Shown here: positions 1-12,086 of the stretch, piece after piece
How the letters are laid out: every line of letters begins with the position of its first letter
Numbering within the stretch: position 1 is the first letter of the stretch
Origin: Felis catus
Lineage: Eukaryota
Length of the DNA: 64,000 nt
NCBI RefSeq assembly: GCF_018350175.1
Contig: NC_058368.1
Location: 67,210,001-67,274,000 of the forward strand
Direction of reading: 5' to 3'
The notes under the pieces: model-generated
The model's database searches: none
What the model was told of the DNA's origin: nothing
What the model saw: the letters and a program-made list of their open reading frames with translations, nothing else
Position numbers and translations under genes: made by a program

Positions 1-99
1 GTTAAGCAGTGACTCTTGATTTTGGCTCAGGTCATCATTCCAGGGTTGTGGGATTGAGTCCCACTTTGGGCTTTTCACTGAATGTGAAAAGCTTAAGAT

Positions 100-135
<36 letters not shown>

Positions 136-320
136 ATAAATAAACAAACAAACAAATAAATGGAAAGTACAGATGATAATTTATGTACAGATTTCTTTAT
201 GTATAAATATGTTTATCAGAGCAGTGCTTCTTATAATAGGATTTAGAAACAGCTAAAAGCCCAGCAAAGGCAGAATGTTTAAGTAAATCATGACTCACTT
301 TTAAACAAGTACTTTTTGAA

Positions 321-533
321 TTTTTTTTTTCAACGTTTATTTATTTTTGGGACAGAGAGAGACAGAGCATGAACGGGGGAGGGGCAGAGAGAGAGGGAGA
401 CACAGAATCGGAAACAGGCTCCAGGCTCTGAGCCATCAGCCCAGAGCCTGACGCGGGGCTCGAACTCACGGACCGCGAGATCGTGACCTGGCTGAAGTCG
501 GATGCTTAACCGACTGCGCCACCCAGGCGCCCC
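321..533 (-). mobile_element. Young feline CAN-SINE
   Basis: Full length, with diagnostics CCATCAGCCC, GACCTGGCTGAAG and GACTGCGCC; TSD 302-320 and 534-552. Confidence 0.95.
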
Positions 534-899
534 TAAATGAGTACTTTTTGAACACCTACCATACATCAGATTCCCTTCAAAACGCTGAGGGTCAATAGTG
601 GGAAATAGACAGTAAACTATAAAAGACAGTAAGTAAGTAAATGAGCGAACAAGATAATTTCAGGTTTGGTGAGGACGATGTAGGAAAATAGGATGTGAAA
701 GGGAGTGCTTAAAGGTGCTGGCCAGCTGATTTAAGTTACCTAGTGAGGAATGCTACTCAGAAGATAGGCTTGAACTGAAACAAGGAGCCAGCCTGTGTAA
801 ATCTGGGAGCAAAACACCAAAAATTCCAAAATTAAAAATCCATGGCATTATATAGTGTAACTTAGGGGGAGAGTGTAGCTTTAAAAAAAAAAAAAAAAA

Positions 900-1545
900 T
901 GAGAAAGAGAACTCCTCCCGGGTCTGTAAGAGAGAGAAGGACTCACAGTCAACCACTTTTCCCAAGAGTGAGGAGGCAGACAGGTGAATCTTGGAACCCC
1001 AGGACCCCTGGCCTGGAGGGACCAACTGAACTGTAGCTGACGAATTGCTGGAGGCTCAGTGTGAACAAGTCTGAAAGTTAAAAAGTCTGGGGGAACCCAG
1101 TCACAGAGGGACGCCCACAATATCGTGACATTTACTTCCCAGAGCTTTATCAAGTTCCCACAGTTGGTATCAGAGAGGCTTCCTGCAGGGGGGAGGGGAA
1201 AGGAACCATTTTGAAATATGCCAGAACACTCAAGCCTTAACAAGGCCTTGCCTATAAAAGAAACAAAGATCAGAGTTACGTCCAACTTCTCCTCAGAAAC
1301 CACACAAGAGAGTGGAGTGAAAATTTTAAGTGCAGAGGGAAACAACAACAACAACAACCTAGAGTTCTATATCCTGTAAAATGATCTTTTGGGAGTGAAG
1401 AAAAAATACAGACTTTCTCAGAAAAACAAAAATCGGGGGATTATTTTGCCAGTAGACCTGCCTTGCCAAAAAAATGTTAAAAGAAGTTCTTTAGAGAGAA
1501 GGAAAATAATGTACGTCAGAGATTCAGATCTATGTAAAGAAACAG
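900..1545 (+). mobile_element. Old L1 fragment (5' region and ORF1 C-terminus)
   Basis: NFSSETTQ...QPRVLYP...IQTFSEKQK...ASRPAL...MLKEVL, ORF1p-like across frameshifts. Confidence 0.7.
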
Positions 1546-3139
1546 CATGGAAGGAGTAAGGGAAGGGACAATCATGCAAGGGGAACCAATAGAATGGTAT
1601 TGAGAGCTTGGAATCATGACCAGAATGGAAGCAGAACTTTGAAAAGGCCTATTTTTTTTTTAAGATTTTATTTTTAAGCAATTTTTATGTTTAAGTAATC
1701 TCTACACCCAACGTTGGGTTTAAACTCACAACCCTAAGAACACACTTTTTAGGGCGCCTGGGTGGCTCAGTCGGTTGGGCATCCCACTTCGGCTCAGGTC
1801 ATGATCTCACAGCCAGTTAGTTAGAGCCCCACATCAGGCTCTGTACTGACACCTCAGAGCCTGGAGTCTGCTTCGCATTCTGTGTCTCCCCTGTCTCTGC
1901 CCCTCCCCTGCTCTCTCTCTCTCTCTCAAAAATGAATAAACATTAAAAAAAAAAAAAGAGTCAATACTTTTCTAACTGAGCTAGCCAGGCACCCACAAAA
2001 GGTGTATCTTAGGAGTAGGGATAAAAGCAGCAGAGAAGTGGTGAGGGACTATAGCAGAGAGGGTTATACTCTACCTGTTTCTCATCCTTTACTTCTCTTT
2101 TGTGGTAACCACATGCTATCACCTCATCTATGGACTCAGGACCAGCCAGCTATTTGACTTGTATATTGATTAATTTTCATTGCACTAATGGCTAATACCT
2201 TTTATTGACTCAATTGTAGATTCTTTCTGGATTCCTAACATTTGACCATTTGACTGTGCCTGAGCCCTGGTGACTAAGGTGGATTTTTGGTTTTTTGGTT
2301 TTTTGTTTACTTCCTGCAGTGGGTTTCACCAGATTCTTCCTGGTAATGGGTATTTTACCACTGCCCACAGTCTACAAGAAGGAGGAAACAAGATAAGACA
2401 GTAGTTTTGGATAAGAAACAAGTGAAAAAGGGCAGCTGGGCTTCAGCCCAAAGCTCTGCTAAGAAAGCTGATATGTCACCTCTTCAAATGAGCTGGTCTC
2501 TAAGGACACATTTAACCCCATGTCATGTATCTATGCAAAGTTCAGAGTCACACGATGTGCTCCAGCTTGCTAGTACCCAGTAAGTGATACCACTGTCTCT
2601 AAACTGAGACCAAATTCTGGACCAGAAGTTTCACCAACTGGGGTGTCTGTAATTTTTCATTTTTCAACAGCCAGACTACTTAAGTCTTTACTTGTCAATC
2701 AAAACAGACAGGCAGGCTCTTTCTAGCACACCTCTGTGTGTCCTATGGAACCTCAACCTTTACTCTGCTACCCTAACACCATCACTTTTCTTATTTCAAA
2801 TTCAGACTTTCATCCAGCAACTGAATATCAAGGTCACCATCCATCTCTGCCTACCAACTTGTTTCATTTCTGTAAAACAACCAGTGATGCACTATAAATA
2901 AAGCACTTGTTTACAGATCCATTTGAGTGTTTTATTATATTTTCCTGAATTGTTTTAAATAAATAAATAAGAAAATTAATATCCAAACATCAACTCGCAA
3001 TAATGCATTTAAGGCAAAGATGGAGAGAGCATGAAGTGGACCAGGGGAGGTGCTTCTTCAGTTTGGTCTGGATACATATTGGAAAGAAATTGGTTGAGCA
3101 ATTCTGAAGGACAAGACTTTTTTTTTTTTTTTAATTTGT

Positions 3140-3720
3140 GTAATACTTACAGCAGCTTTATTCATAACTGCCCAAACTTGGAAGCAACCAAGATGTCCTT
3201 CAATAAGCGAATGGATAAATCAACTGTGGTACATCCAGACAATGGAATATTATTTAGCACTAAAAAGGAATGAGCTACCAAGCTATGAAACGACATGGAG
3301 GAAACTTAAATGCATGTTACTAAGTTAAAGAAGCCAATTTGCAAAGGCTACATACTATATGAGTCTACCTACATGACATTCTCAAAAAGGCTAACTATGG
3401 AAATAGTAAAAAAAATCGGTGGTGAGCAGAGGGCGGGGGGGATGGGTGGGGGAGGGGTGAATAGGTGGAGCACAGTGAAAATGCTCTGTATGACACCATA
3501 ACGATAGAGACATCATTACAGAATTGTCCAAACCCATAGAATTCACAACACCAAGAATCAACCCTCTTATAAACTGTAGACTTTGATCATACTGCCTCAG
3601 TGTAGTTTAATCAATTGTAACAAATGGACCCACTCTACTTCGGGATGTTGGGAGGGGGGGAATCTATGGATGTGCAGGCAGCAGGGGGCGTACAGGAAAT
3701 CTCTGTACCTTCCACTCAAA
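3140..3720 (+). mobile_element. Old L1M 3' end
   Basis: GCAGCTTTATTCATAACTGCCCAAACTTGGAAGCAACCAAGATGTCC... Confidence 0.8.
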
Positions 3721-4694
3721 AAAAGAAAAGAAAAAGTCTATGAAATACTGAAAAAATACTGGTGAAGATTATATATCTAAAAGGTGAAGGGTAATAATAG
3801 AGGAAATGGAGAGGTTTTTTTTTTTTATAATTTATAGATTAATATTCCACATTAATAAAGTATCCCAATGATCCCTTAGAGAAATTCACAGACTTATACA
3901 TCATCTGATAGAGATACAGCTTTCCTTGACTCAATCAAGAAAATTGGGTGGCTCAGTTGGTTAAGTGTCTGATGATTGATTTCAGCTCAGGTCATGATCT
4001 CACAGTTCGCGAGACTGAGCCCTGCATTGGGCTCTGTGCTACCAGTACCGAATCTGCTTGGGATTCTCTCTCTCTCAATCTCTCTCTCTCTGCCCCTCCC
4101 TCATGCTCTCTCTCTCTCTCTCTCAAAATAAGTAAATAAACTTAAAAAAAAAAGAAAAAGAAAATTAGAAAGCCAGACATAGCCTTTCTCCTGTCAATTT
4201 TTTAAAAATAATTTATGAGGGCGCCTGGGTGGCTCAGTCAGTTAAGCATCTGACTTCAGCTCAGGTCACGATCTCGCGGTCCGTGAGTTCGAGCCCCGCA
4301 TCAGGCTCTGGGCTGATGGCTCAGAGCCTGGAGCCTGCTTCCGATTCTGTGTCTCCCTCTCTCTCTGCCCCTCCCCCATTCATGCTGTCTCTCTCTGTCT
4401 CAAAAATAAATAAAAGTTAAAAAAATTTAAAAAATAATAATTTATGAAATACTACCGAAGTTATCATTATAATCTCCTTCCCAACCCTTGGCGATTTAAA
4501 TCAGTGGGTCTGTTTTCTCTTCATTAATTTTTTTTTCTGTTTGTTAAATATGGCTTCAGTTAAACTAAGAGAAATAGAATTTGAAGAAACACATTTGTGA
4601 AATTAATTTGCACTGCATATTATTAATGTTCAGTCATTATTTTGGATATTCAGATACATTGTAGGACATTCAGGGATTTTAAAAAAGCTGGAGT

Positions 4695-4737
4695 TGTATG
4701 GAAACCAATTTGACAATAAATTTCATATATTTTTTTT
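4695..4737 (+). mobile_element. ~40-bp L1 3' stub
   Basis: TGTATGGAAACCAATTTGACAATAAATTTCA, flanked by duplicated AAAAAGCTGGAGT. Confidence 0.75.
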
Positions 4738-7048
4738 AAAAAGCTGGAGTATTTTCAATACATAAAGAAATTTTGGAATTCTTTTTTGTTTTCTAACAAG
4801 AGACTTCCCCTCATCCCCTCTGGTTATTCTACTTTCAATTGCGCTCTGGGGGAGGCGACCCACTTCAGCTCAGGTCATGATCTCATGGTTCCTGAGTTCA
4901 GCCCCGTGTTGAAGTTCAGCCCCATGGGCTCTGTGCAGACAGCTCAGAGCCTGGAGCCTGCTTTGGATTCTGTGTCTCCCTAGTTGTCTGATCTCCCCCA
5001 CTCGCACTCTGTCTCGCTCTCTCAAAAATAAATAAACATTAAGTTTTTCTATTGCAGTCTGGGGGAAGCTGTTTGTATGAAAGCAGCAAACTGCATCTAA
5101 CTGAAATGCATGTTTCATGCCCTCACAGGGTTTCCAATCTGTGTCTGTGATTCCCATTCTTGGAGTCACATCTTTGGGTTAAGGCTTTTATTATAAGGTG
5201 GATGACAGAAATGAAGTCCATCAGGTTTCAATATTAAAACAAAAAAATGTTAATTTTGAAGGGCACTTTTCTAAACTGTATTGCTAATGCTCTTCTACCC
5301 TTAAGGTATGCAAAACGGAATGACAACTGTTATTATTTGGTCTCATTACCAGCATATATTATTATGCCATTTGATACAGTACTCTTAAGGCGTAATGAAA
5401 CACAGGGATAGGGGTTTATGGATTTCCTTACATATACTTAATAATGGCCATTTAACTCTTTAAAGTTTCATGTCTGTTTTTCTTATATTTTTATTCCTTC
5501 TCCTGTTTCTAATAATATTTCACTTTTCACTATTTTTAAGGTACAGTTTAATAGGCTTGAAGTAAGGATCTGAGGATCTCTCCTGGGAATAATTATTAGT
5601 TTGGGCATATAATTTTGGCAACTTAGGTGCCTCTTGTCTTCAGTTGTCCTCTGTGAAATGAAATTGCCTGAAGAATGACAGGTGGAAGGGGAGCCTGGGT
5701 GGCTCAGTCGGTTGAGCGTCTGACTTTGGCTCAAGTCATGATCTCGCTATTTGTGAGTTCGAGCCCCTCGTGGGGCTCTGTGCTGACAACTCAGAGCCTG
5801 GAGCCTGCTTCGGATTCTGTGTCTCCCTCCCTCTCTGCCCCTCCCCCACTCATGCTCTGTCTGTGTTCAAAAATAAACATAAAAAAAAAAGGAATGACAG
5901 CTGGAGAAGTGAATGTCATCATGTGCTTTGGTTTACAAATGGTTTACATGTTCCTAAACAATTTGTATAAGTTTCCTCTTATTTTTTTTAATGTTTGTTT
6001 GTTTGTTTATGTATTTTGAGAGAGCTAGAGCAGAGAGAGCACACATGCAAGCAGGGGAGGGAGAGAGAGGGAGAGAGAAAATCTCAAGCAGGCTCCATGC
6101 TGACAGCATGCACGGAGCCTGACATGGGGCTTGATCCCACACACTGTGAGATCGTGACCTGAGCCCAAATCAAGAGTTGGACACTTAACCAACTGAGTCA
6201 CCCAGGCACCCCTGTTTCCTCTTTAAATATAAAATATTTCAAGAATACTAAAAATAATCCCCAAAATGTTACTTTAAAAATGTACACATATCCCAAGATT
6301 ATATGAAATGTTGACATCTGGGGGCTCCTGGGTGGCTCAGTCGGTTAAGCATCCGACTTCAGCTCAGGTCGTGATCTCACGGGTTTGTGGGTTTGAGCCC
6401 CACGCCAGGCTCTGTGCTGACAGCTCAGAGCCTGGAGCCTGCTTTGGATTCTGTTGTCTCCCTCTCTCTCTGCCCCTCCCCCACTCACACTCTGTCTCTG
6501 TCCCTCTCTCTTTCTCAAAAATAAAATAAAAACATAAAAAGAAAACTTTTTTAATGTTGACATTTGCTAGATTTACTTAAGAATGTTTGTTAACGAAATA
6601 AGATGAGAACAACCCCAAAAATTAACAAAGCGAGAGAAGCCGAAGACCGAGCCCTGAGGCTCTGCAACATTTCCAGATAGAGAACCCACCCAAGGAGACA
6701 GATGGGGGCAAAAATGTAGTCACAGACACAAAGGGAGTGTTTCTAGAAGGAAAGTCTGCATCCCATGCTTCTGAAAGGCTAGTAAATTGAAGACAGAAGA
6801 GTAATGATGAGATTTGGGGTTTTGGGTAAATTAAAGCAGTATTTCAAAGAGAAGGTGATAGAAACCCTATAAAAATGTACTGAAGAAGGAAAGGCATGAG
6901 AAGGTATGGAGACAATGATTATCCAGAACTCCTTTGAGAAATTTTACCTTTAGGAGGAACAGAAAAGAAATAATTACAGGAGTGTAATCCCTGAGAAGGC
7001 ATTCATCCAGCATCTAGACTATTCTACAGCCGGTCTTTAATACCATGG

Positions 7049-7244
7049 TGTGGTGGATGCTGCCAGCACCTGCCCTTCAGCCCTGGGCCTGACTTCCTGC
7101 AGCTCTGCCGGAGGGCTTTCTCCAACACCACCGTCTGCTCTGCCCAAGTACAAGGCAGGCCAGGAATGCCAGGGGATTCTTGTCTCCCTCTGCTCTCTTC
7201 CCCAGAAGCCTTCAATCAATAGGCTGATAGCAGCTGGTATGCGA
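7049..7244 (+). mobile_element. LTR16-type (ERVL) solo LTR, 5' part
   Basis: TGTGGTGGATGC start; continues after the provirus. Confidence 0.6.
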
Positions 7245-7700
7245 TGTTAACCTTAAAAATAAAACTGCCAGCTATTTCCCCGGGGGGGGGGGGGGGGGGA
7301 AGAGTTTATTTGGGAATAGCAGAGAGTTGCAACCCGGGACAAGCAAGCTACAGCAAAACCGCAGGCAAGTCCCCCAACAAAGGAGAAAAAGTTTAGAGAA
7401 AAAAACGGGAAGTGGGGAGGGGCTGTTAGACGGGAAAAGTCCATTAGGGTAAACTGGGAGTTAGAAGTACAGTGGCTTCTCATTGGCTGATCTGTGACAG
7501 TTTCTCATTGGCTGGACTGTTGCCAAGGGAAGAGGAAAACCTTTCTTCCTCCTGAAGGGGTAGTAAAACAGTATCCAGTGCAAGGTGGGTCTCATCCCAT
7601 GGGGTCGGCTATGAACAAGGAGTGATAGGGCATGCGCACTCCCCCTGCCTGTCCTCCCAACTCCATTTCTAAACAAAATTTCCTTTTATTAATGTTCACA
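7245..7700 (-). mobile_element. 3' LTR of the provirus
   Basis: + strand reads TGTTAACCTTAAAAA...GTTCACA; homologous to 12087-12524; preceded on the - strand by the PPT. Confidence 0.88.
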
Positions 7701-7712
7701 TTTCCCTCTTTT
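7701..7712 (-). other. Polypurine tract
   Basis: AAAAGAGGGAAA directly before the TG of the 3' LTR on the - strand. Confidence 0.85.
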
Positions 7713-7917
7713 AATCAAGATCTTTCTTTGAACGCCTCTCTAATCAGTAGTCAAGTTCTTTATATTTAGTGGTTTTGTCCCTCAGTGCCAGGAAGGACCT
7801 TTCCTGGTTTTCCTGTCCTATGTCAAAGTCCATAGCTGTTGGAAACCACTTAAGGCCACATTTGAATAACAAGGAAGGGTTGGAGGGAGGGACTCTCAGG
7901 CACTTCCCATCTAAAGT

Positions 7918-8717
7918 CTAGATCTTCTCAAGGTCATAAGAGTTTGAGATCATCTCTAAGTGTTGAGCCAGCATCCCCTTATAGGGTACATTTTTTTACA
8001 AGTTTGATGACAAAATACAAAACTTAAGTAATTATACGTAAAAACAGAAGAAGTAGCATAATTCCAAATTGTATGACAGATGGTTCTAAAACAAGACTCT
8101 AGGGCTGAAAGTAGCCAACTGAAGTATTTATTCTGACAGGGGAGAAAAATTCTCCTTCTGAAGGCAAACCATAGTCATGCATGCCTCCTGGAAGTCTCTG
8201 GTTAAAGCAGCCATGAAAGCATAAAAGTGAATACTGCAAGACAACACTGAAGGAAGAACACAAGTCCATCTGGGGAGAAGCAGTCCAGGTACAAATGGGA
8301 AGAAACAGCTGATGAACTTTTTGCAAAAGAGCAGAACATCTTAAAATGTCAAAGACATCTTAAAACAGTATTGTTATCTCAAAATAACTGTTTGGAACTA
8401 AAAATGTTATTGATAATACAGCCTGTAGGGTTGCAAATTCAGAGACCATGAATTTGGATAAGAATCCAAAGTGAGTTAACAGTTCGAATGAAAGAAGACT
8501 TTTGTGAATTCTGGACCTTCTAACCCTTCAGAAAAAGCAAGTGAAAAATTAATTTGTCCCAGGATCACGAGGAGGCTATTTCTTAAAGGCCATAATCAGA
8601 AGGTTTCCCCCTTTCACAAGGGCTTGGGAAATGCCAACAGAGGCACTGTCTTCCCACAAGAGAGAGAGAGAAAGAAGCAACAGTGAGAAAAAAAGTATAC
8701 AGGCCTGGTCTGGACAT
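7918..8717 (-). pseudogene. ERV env remnants (leader and TM anchor/tail, middle deleted)
   Basis: Leader-like MSRPGLYTFFSLLLLSLS from 8717, then WEDSASVGISQALVKGGNL across a frameshift. FSWL plus a hydrophobic stretch at ~8030-8123. Tail MLAQHLEMISNSYDLEKI* at 7974-7918, upstream of the PPT. Confidence 0.5.
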
Positions 8718-8825
8718 CTTGGGGAAGTGGTCTTGTCAGATGTCACCGGCTTCAATTCTGGTAAATCTTTATCTTCAGTATAAACTATTGGTCTACTGAC
8801 AAAATGATAGTCAATATTGGTGGGG

Positions 8826-9192
8826 AAATATCGGTGGAAGATTTCGCCACAATGAGGATGGCACCTGTTCCAATAGGAACAAATAATCAGTGTCTCTGGG
8901 CTCGGCTATAGAGCCGTCAAAAATGGAACAAATAGGGGCACCTGGCTGGCTCAGTCAGTAGAGCATGTGACTCTTGATTTAAGAGTTGTGTTTGAGCCCC
9001 ACATTGGGTATAGAGATGACTTAAAAATAAAATCTTTAGGGGTGCCTGGGTGGCTCAGTCGGTTGGGTCCAACTATTGATTTTGGCTTAGGTCATGATCT
9101 CACAGCTTGTGAGATCAAACCCTGCATTGGGCTCTGCACTGACAGTGTGGAGCCTGCTTGGGATTCTGTCTCTCCACCCCTCCCTCACTTGT

Positions 9193-9226
<34 letters not shown>

Positions 9227-9660
9227 TCTCTCTCTCTCTCAAAATAAATAAACTTTAAAATAAACAAAATATCTTTTAAAGATAGAACAAATAAAAGATG
9301 TCAAAGGACCATTTAATTTACCTAGTTGGCTATTTTGATGATTGTGATAGAAATTTAGCATTATTCCCCCTTTGGGGAAAAGAAAATTCCAGCATGATTC
9401 TTTTCTAAGAAATCTTAGCCCAATAAATGAATAGAGGCAGAGGAACTACAAGGATAAGGGTGTATAACTCTCAAAGGGCCAGACAAAAGGGAACGGGTTC
9501 AGACAGAAATCCGTTGAGGTTTGAGACCCCTGCTATGTGAACGGTTTCAGTAACTCCAAGGCAGGGGCTGCTTTATAGCGGTAGGGTTGGCCATGGAGTG
9601 TGGCTCGAGAGTCATTCCCAATCTGGAGTAGTTTCTTGGGGCCAGTTAGAGGGGAGGATT
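8826..9660 (-). pseudogene. ERV protease remnant plus first residues of RT; the rest of pol is deleted
   Basis: HLLG*DFLEK (~9401-9429) resembles the LLGRD protease motif, and the DTG active site appears deleted before ATL. LLEQVPSSLW/AKSSTDI (~8826-8877) is RT N-terminus-like. No YxDD, RNase H or integrase seen. Confidence 0.6.
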
Positions 9661-10370
9661 GGGAAGAGGCCCTGAAGCTCCTCAGAGCCCAGATACTGGG
9701 CATTAGAAACACACTGGACTCAAAGGAAAACTGAAGATGCCTAGAGTACTTACATTTGTAATAATCTTTTTACCAATGCCCTGGCTCTTTCCAGCGACAG
9801 CAGGCACTAGATGGGTTTTTGTTGTTGTTGTTGTTGTTGTTTCATTTGGATGTGAGGGAGCTGGTTTGCCAAATTAACTAAATGTTTAGTGAATAGTTTC
9901 CCATTCCAACCTGGTCCTTTTAACTAAAGGAGAAAGATCTGGGTTGAGTCCATTAATAAACAGAGTTAAATGCTGCCTGGTGGATTCAACCTCTAAAGGA
10001 AGACCTGAACTTTCTTAGGAGACAACTTGGAGTCGATTTTCAGTCATGAATGTGTTCATCAGGGTTTTGTGTGTCAGCCTGAATTTTGTTCTAATCAACA
10101 GGCTTAGGAAAAGCTACTGTAATTGCTTAGTGGAGATTTCCAGCAAGCATTCTAGCATCCTGCCAAGAGTTAGGAGTCTGTTTCTCTAAATCCCTTTCAG
10201 GTTGTTCCCACTGGGCTAGTTTCATCCAATATTTGGTCTGGCCCTCACCAACAAGCATGTGGACTAATTAACATGAATCTTGAAAAGCCAGTTGCTAAAT
10301 TTAAACAACTATGCTAAAGTCTTCAGCAAATTTATGGGATTCCTCAGTTACTTTAGAAAACTCTCTAACT

Positions 10371-10526
10371 CAAAAACCGAGAACAAACTGAGGGCTGATG
10401 GGGGGTGGGAGGGAGGGGAGGGTGGGTGATGGGCATTGAAGAGGGCATCTTTTGGGATGAGCACTGGGTGTTGTATGGAAACCAATTTGACAATAAATTT
10501 CACATATTAAAAAAAAAAAAACAAAC
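10371..10526 (+). mobile_element. 5'-truncated feline L1 3' end inserted in ERV gag
   Basis: G-rich L1 3' UTR ...GGAAACCAATTTGACAATAAA plus poly(A); TSD AACTCTCTAACT (10359-10370 and 10527-10538). Confidence 0.85.
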
Positions 10527-10902
10527 AACTCTCTAACTATGGATCTTAACTTGGCCTTAGTCCAGGGAACATAACAAATTTGGGGTTTCTTTAGATCCTC
10601 AGGAGACTTAACTTCAAAGAGGCAGTTTTAGTAGGTAAAGGAGAGGGGGGTGGGAGAGGTACAAAGGAAAAGGGGAAGTTCGGCAGAGACAACAGAGGAA
10701 AATGACACAGAGGCAGGCATGACCACAAAGTGGTTGCAGACAAAGAAGATAGGGGAGCAGGGGAAAGAGGCCTAGAAACCACTTTGACTCCTTTCAATTG
10801 TTTGTCTAAGTTAACTTAGCAAGAGTATTTTGCAGGGAGACAAACTTAGAATATTTGAAAATATTTGGAAGCCTCAAGGAACCATTTAAAATAGGCATCC
10901 CA

Positions 10903-11350
10903 GGGGCGCCTGGGTGGTGCAGTCGGTTGGGCGTCCGACTTCAACCAGGTCACCATCTGGCGGTCCGTGAGTTCGAGCCCCGCGTCAGGCTCTGGGCTGA
11001 TGGCTCAGAGCCTGGAGCCTGTTTCCGATTCTGTGTCTCCCTCTCTCTCTGCCCCTCCCCCGTTCATGCTCTGTCTCTCTCTGTCCCAAAAATAAATAAA
11101 TGTTGAAAAAAAATTTTTTTAAATAGGCATCCCAGGGGTGCCTGGGTGGCTCAGCTGGTCAAACATGGGACTTCAACTTAGGTCCAGATCTCAGGGTTCA
11201 TGAGTTCCAGCCGTTGGGCTCTGTGTGGACAGTTCAGAGCTCAGAGCCCGGACCCTGCTTCAAATTCTGTGTCTCCCTTTCTCTCTGCCCCTCCCCCACT
11301 CATGCTCTGTCTCTCTCATAAATAAACAAACATTAAACAAATTTTTTTAG
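10903..11350 (+). mobile_element. Two tandem CAN-SINEs (young 10903-11120; older 11135-11350) within ERV gag
   Basis: TAGGCATCYCAG occurs three times around them. Confidence 0.9.
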
Positions 11351-12062
11351 GTAGGCATCTCAGTTTTTCCCCTCTAGAAGCTGCATCTTTCCAATTTAAT
11401 TTTGAGTAAAACAAGTTTGGGAGAGCAAAAGTTCCCCATAATGGCCACTGAAGTTCTAAATTATTTTTGGTTAAGTCAGTCTATTTAGTTATAAATGTGT
11501 ATGTGAAGCCACATAGTTTTTAAACATCAAACCAGACGCCGGAGTGAGGGTGTGGAGGGACGTGGGCTCAAAATATTTTGATGACTGGGATCCCATTTCT
11601 TGGAGGTTTTTCTCTAGATCAAAGAGAAAAATTCCTAAACAGCACGATTTCGACAGGAACAGCCTGGTTCCAGAAGGAATCAGACCAAAGTCCTGCATCG
11701 ATCCAGGAGGAACCGTCCAGTTCCAAACAAGAGTAGGACAGTTCCAACAGGCAGAGGTTGATCCTAAAAAAAGAATTGGACCAAAGGCCAACGCAGTTCA
11801 AACTGGCACAATTCCAACAGGAACAATCCAATGGCAAAAAGGAGTCCGACTGAAGGCCAAATCAGTCCTCTCCGAGAGAACAAGCCTTAAAACAGATCTC
11901 ACATAAAGTTTGGACGGCTCTAATACAAAGAACGGAGCTCGAAATCCAGGCGAGGACATACCCTCCAACTCCGGGGTTGGCGAAAGAGCGTGAACCCAAC
12001 TAGATCTGTGGGGGGCGCCACCTATTTGGCTCACCTCCGAAGTTGCTGGGGGTCTTCTCTGG

Positions 12063-12081
12063 ATCCCACCTCTCATCACCA
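12063..12081 (-). other. Primer-binding site, tRNA-Ser(GCT)-like
   Basis: TGGTGATGAGAGGTGGGAT, 5 nt after the 5' LTR. It equals TGGCGACGAGGGTGGGAT (tRNA-Ser GCT 3' complement, from memory) with two CpG transitions and one extra A. Confidence 0.6.
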
Positions 12082-12086
12082 AGTAA

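Larger units (their letters stand above)
9700..11596 (-). pseudogene. ERV gag remnant (stops, frameshifts, SINE and L1 insertions)
   Basis: MGSQSS (MGxxxS myristoylation pattern) at 11596; MA-like LELQWPLWGTF; Pro-rich segment ~10600-10790; CA-like YVPWTKAKLRSIVREFSKVTEESHKFAEDF...LVHMLVGEGQ; decayed zinc knuckle CCRWKEPGHW*KDY (~9761-9802). Confidence 0.8.

Noticed and set aside
881..1357. 158-aa ORF
   Set aside because: Antisense to an old L1 fragment.
4218..4300. tRNA-like A/B boxes
   Set aside because: SINE heads, not tRNA genes.
5058..5306. Possible exon (TTTTTCTATTGCAG ... TAAG|GTATGC)
   Set aside because: No recognisable protein or partner exons; such site pairs are common by chance.
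7918..8717. Possible co-opted (syncytin-like) env
   Set aside because: Only about 800 bp, frameshifted, with no intact ORF.
12004..12020. CTCF-like GGGGGCGCC in the ERV leader
   Set aside because: Lacks the 5' CC..AG half of the core.
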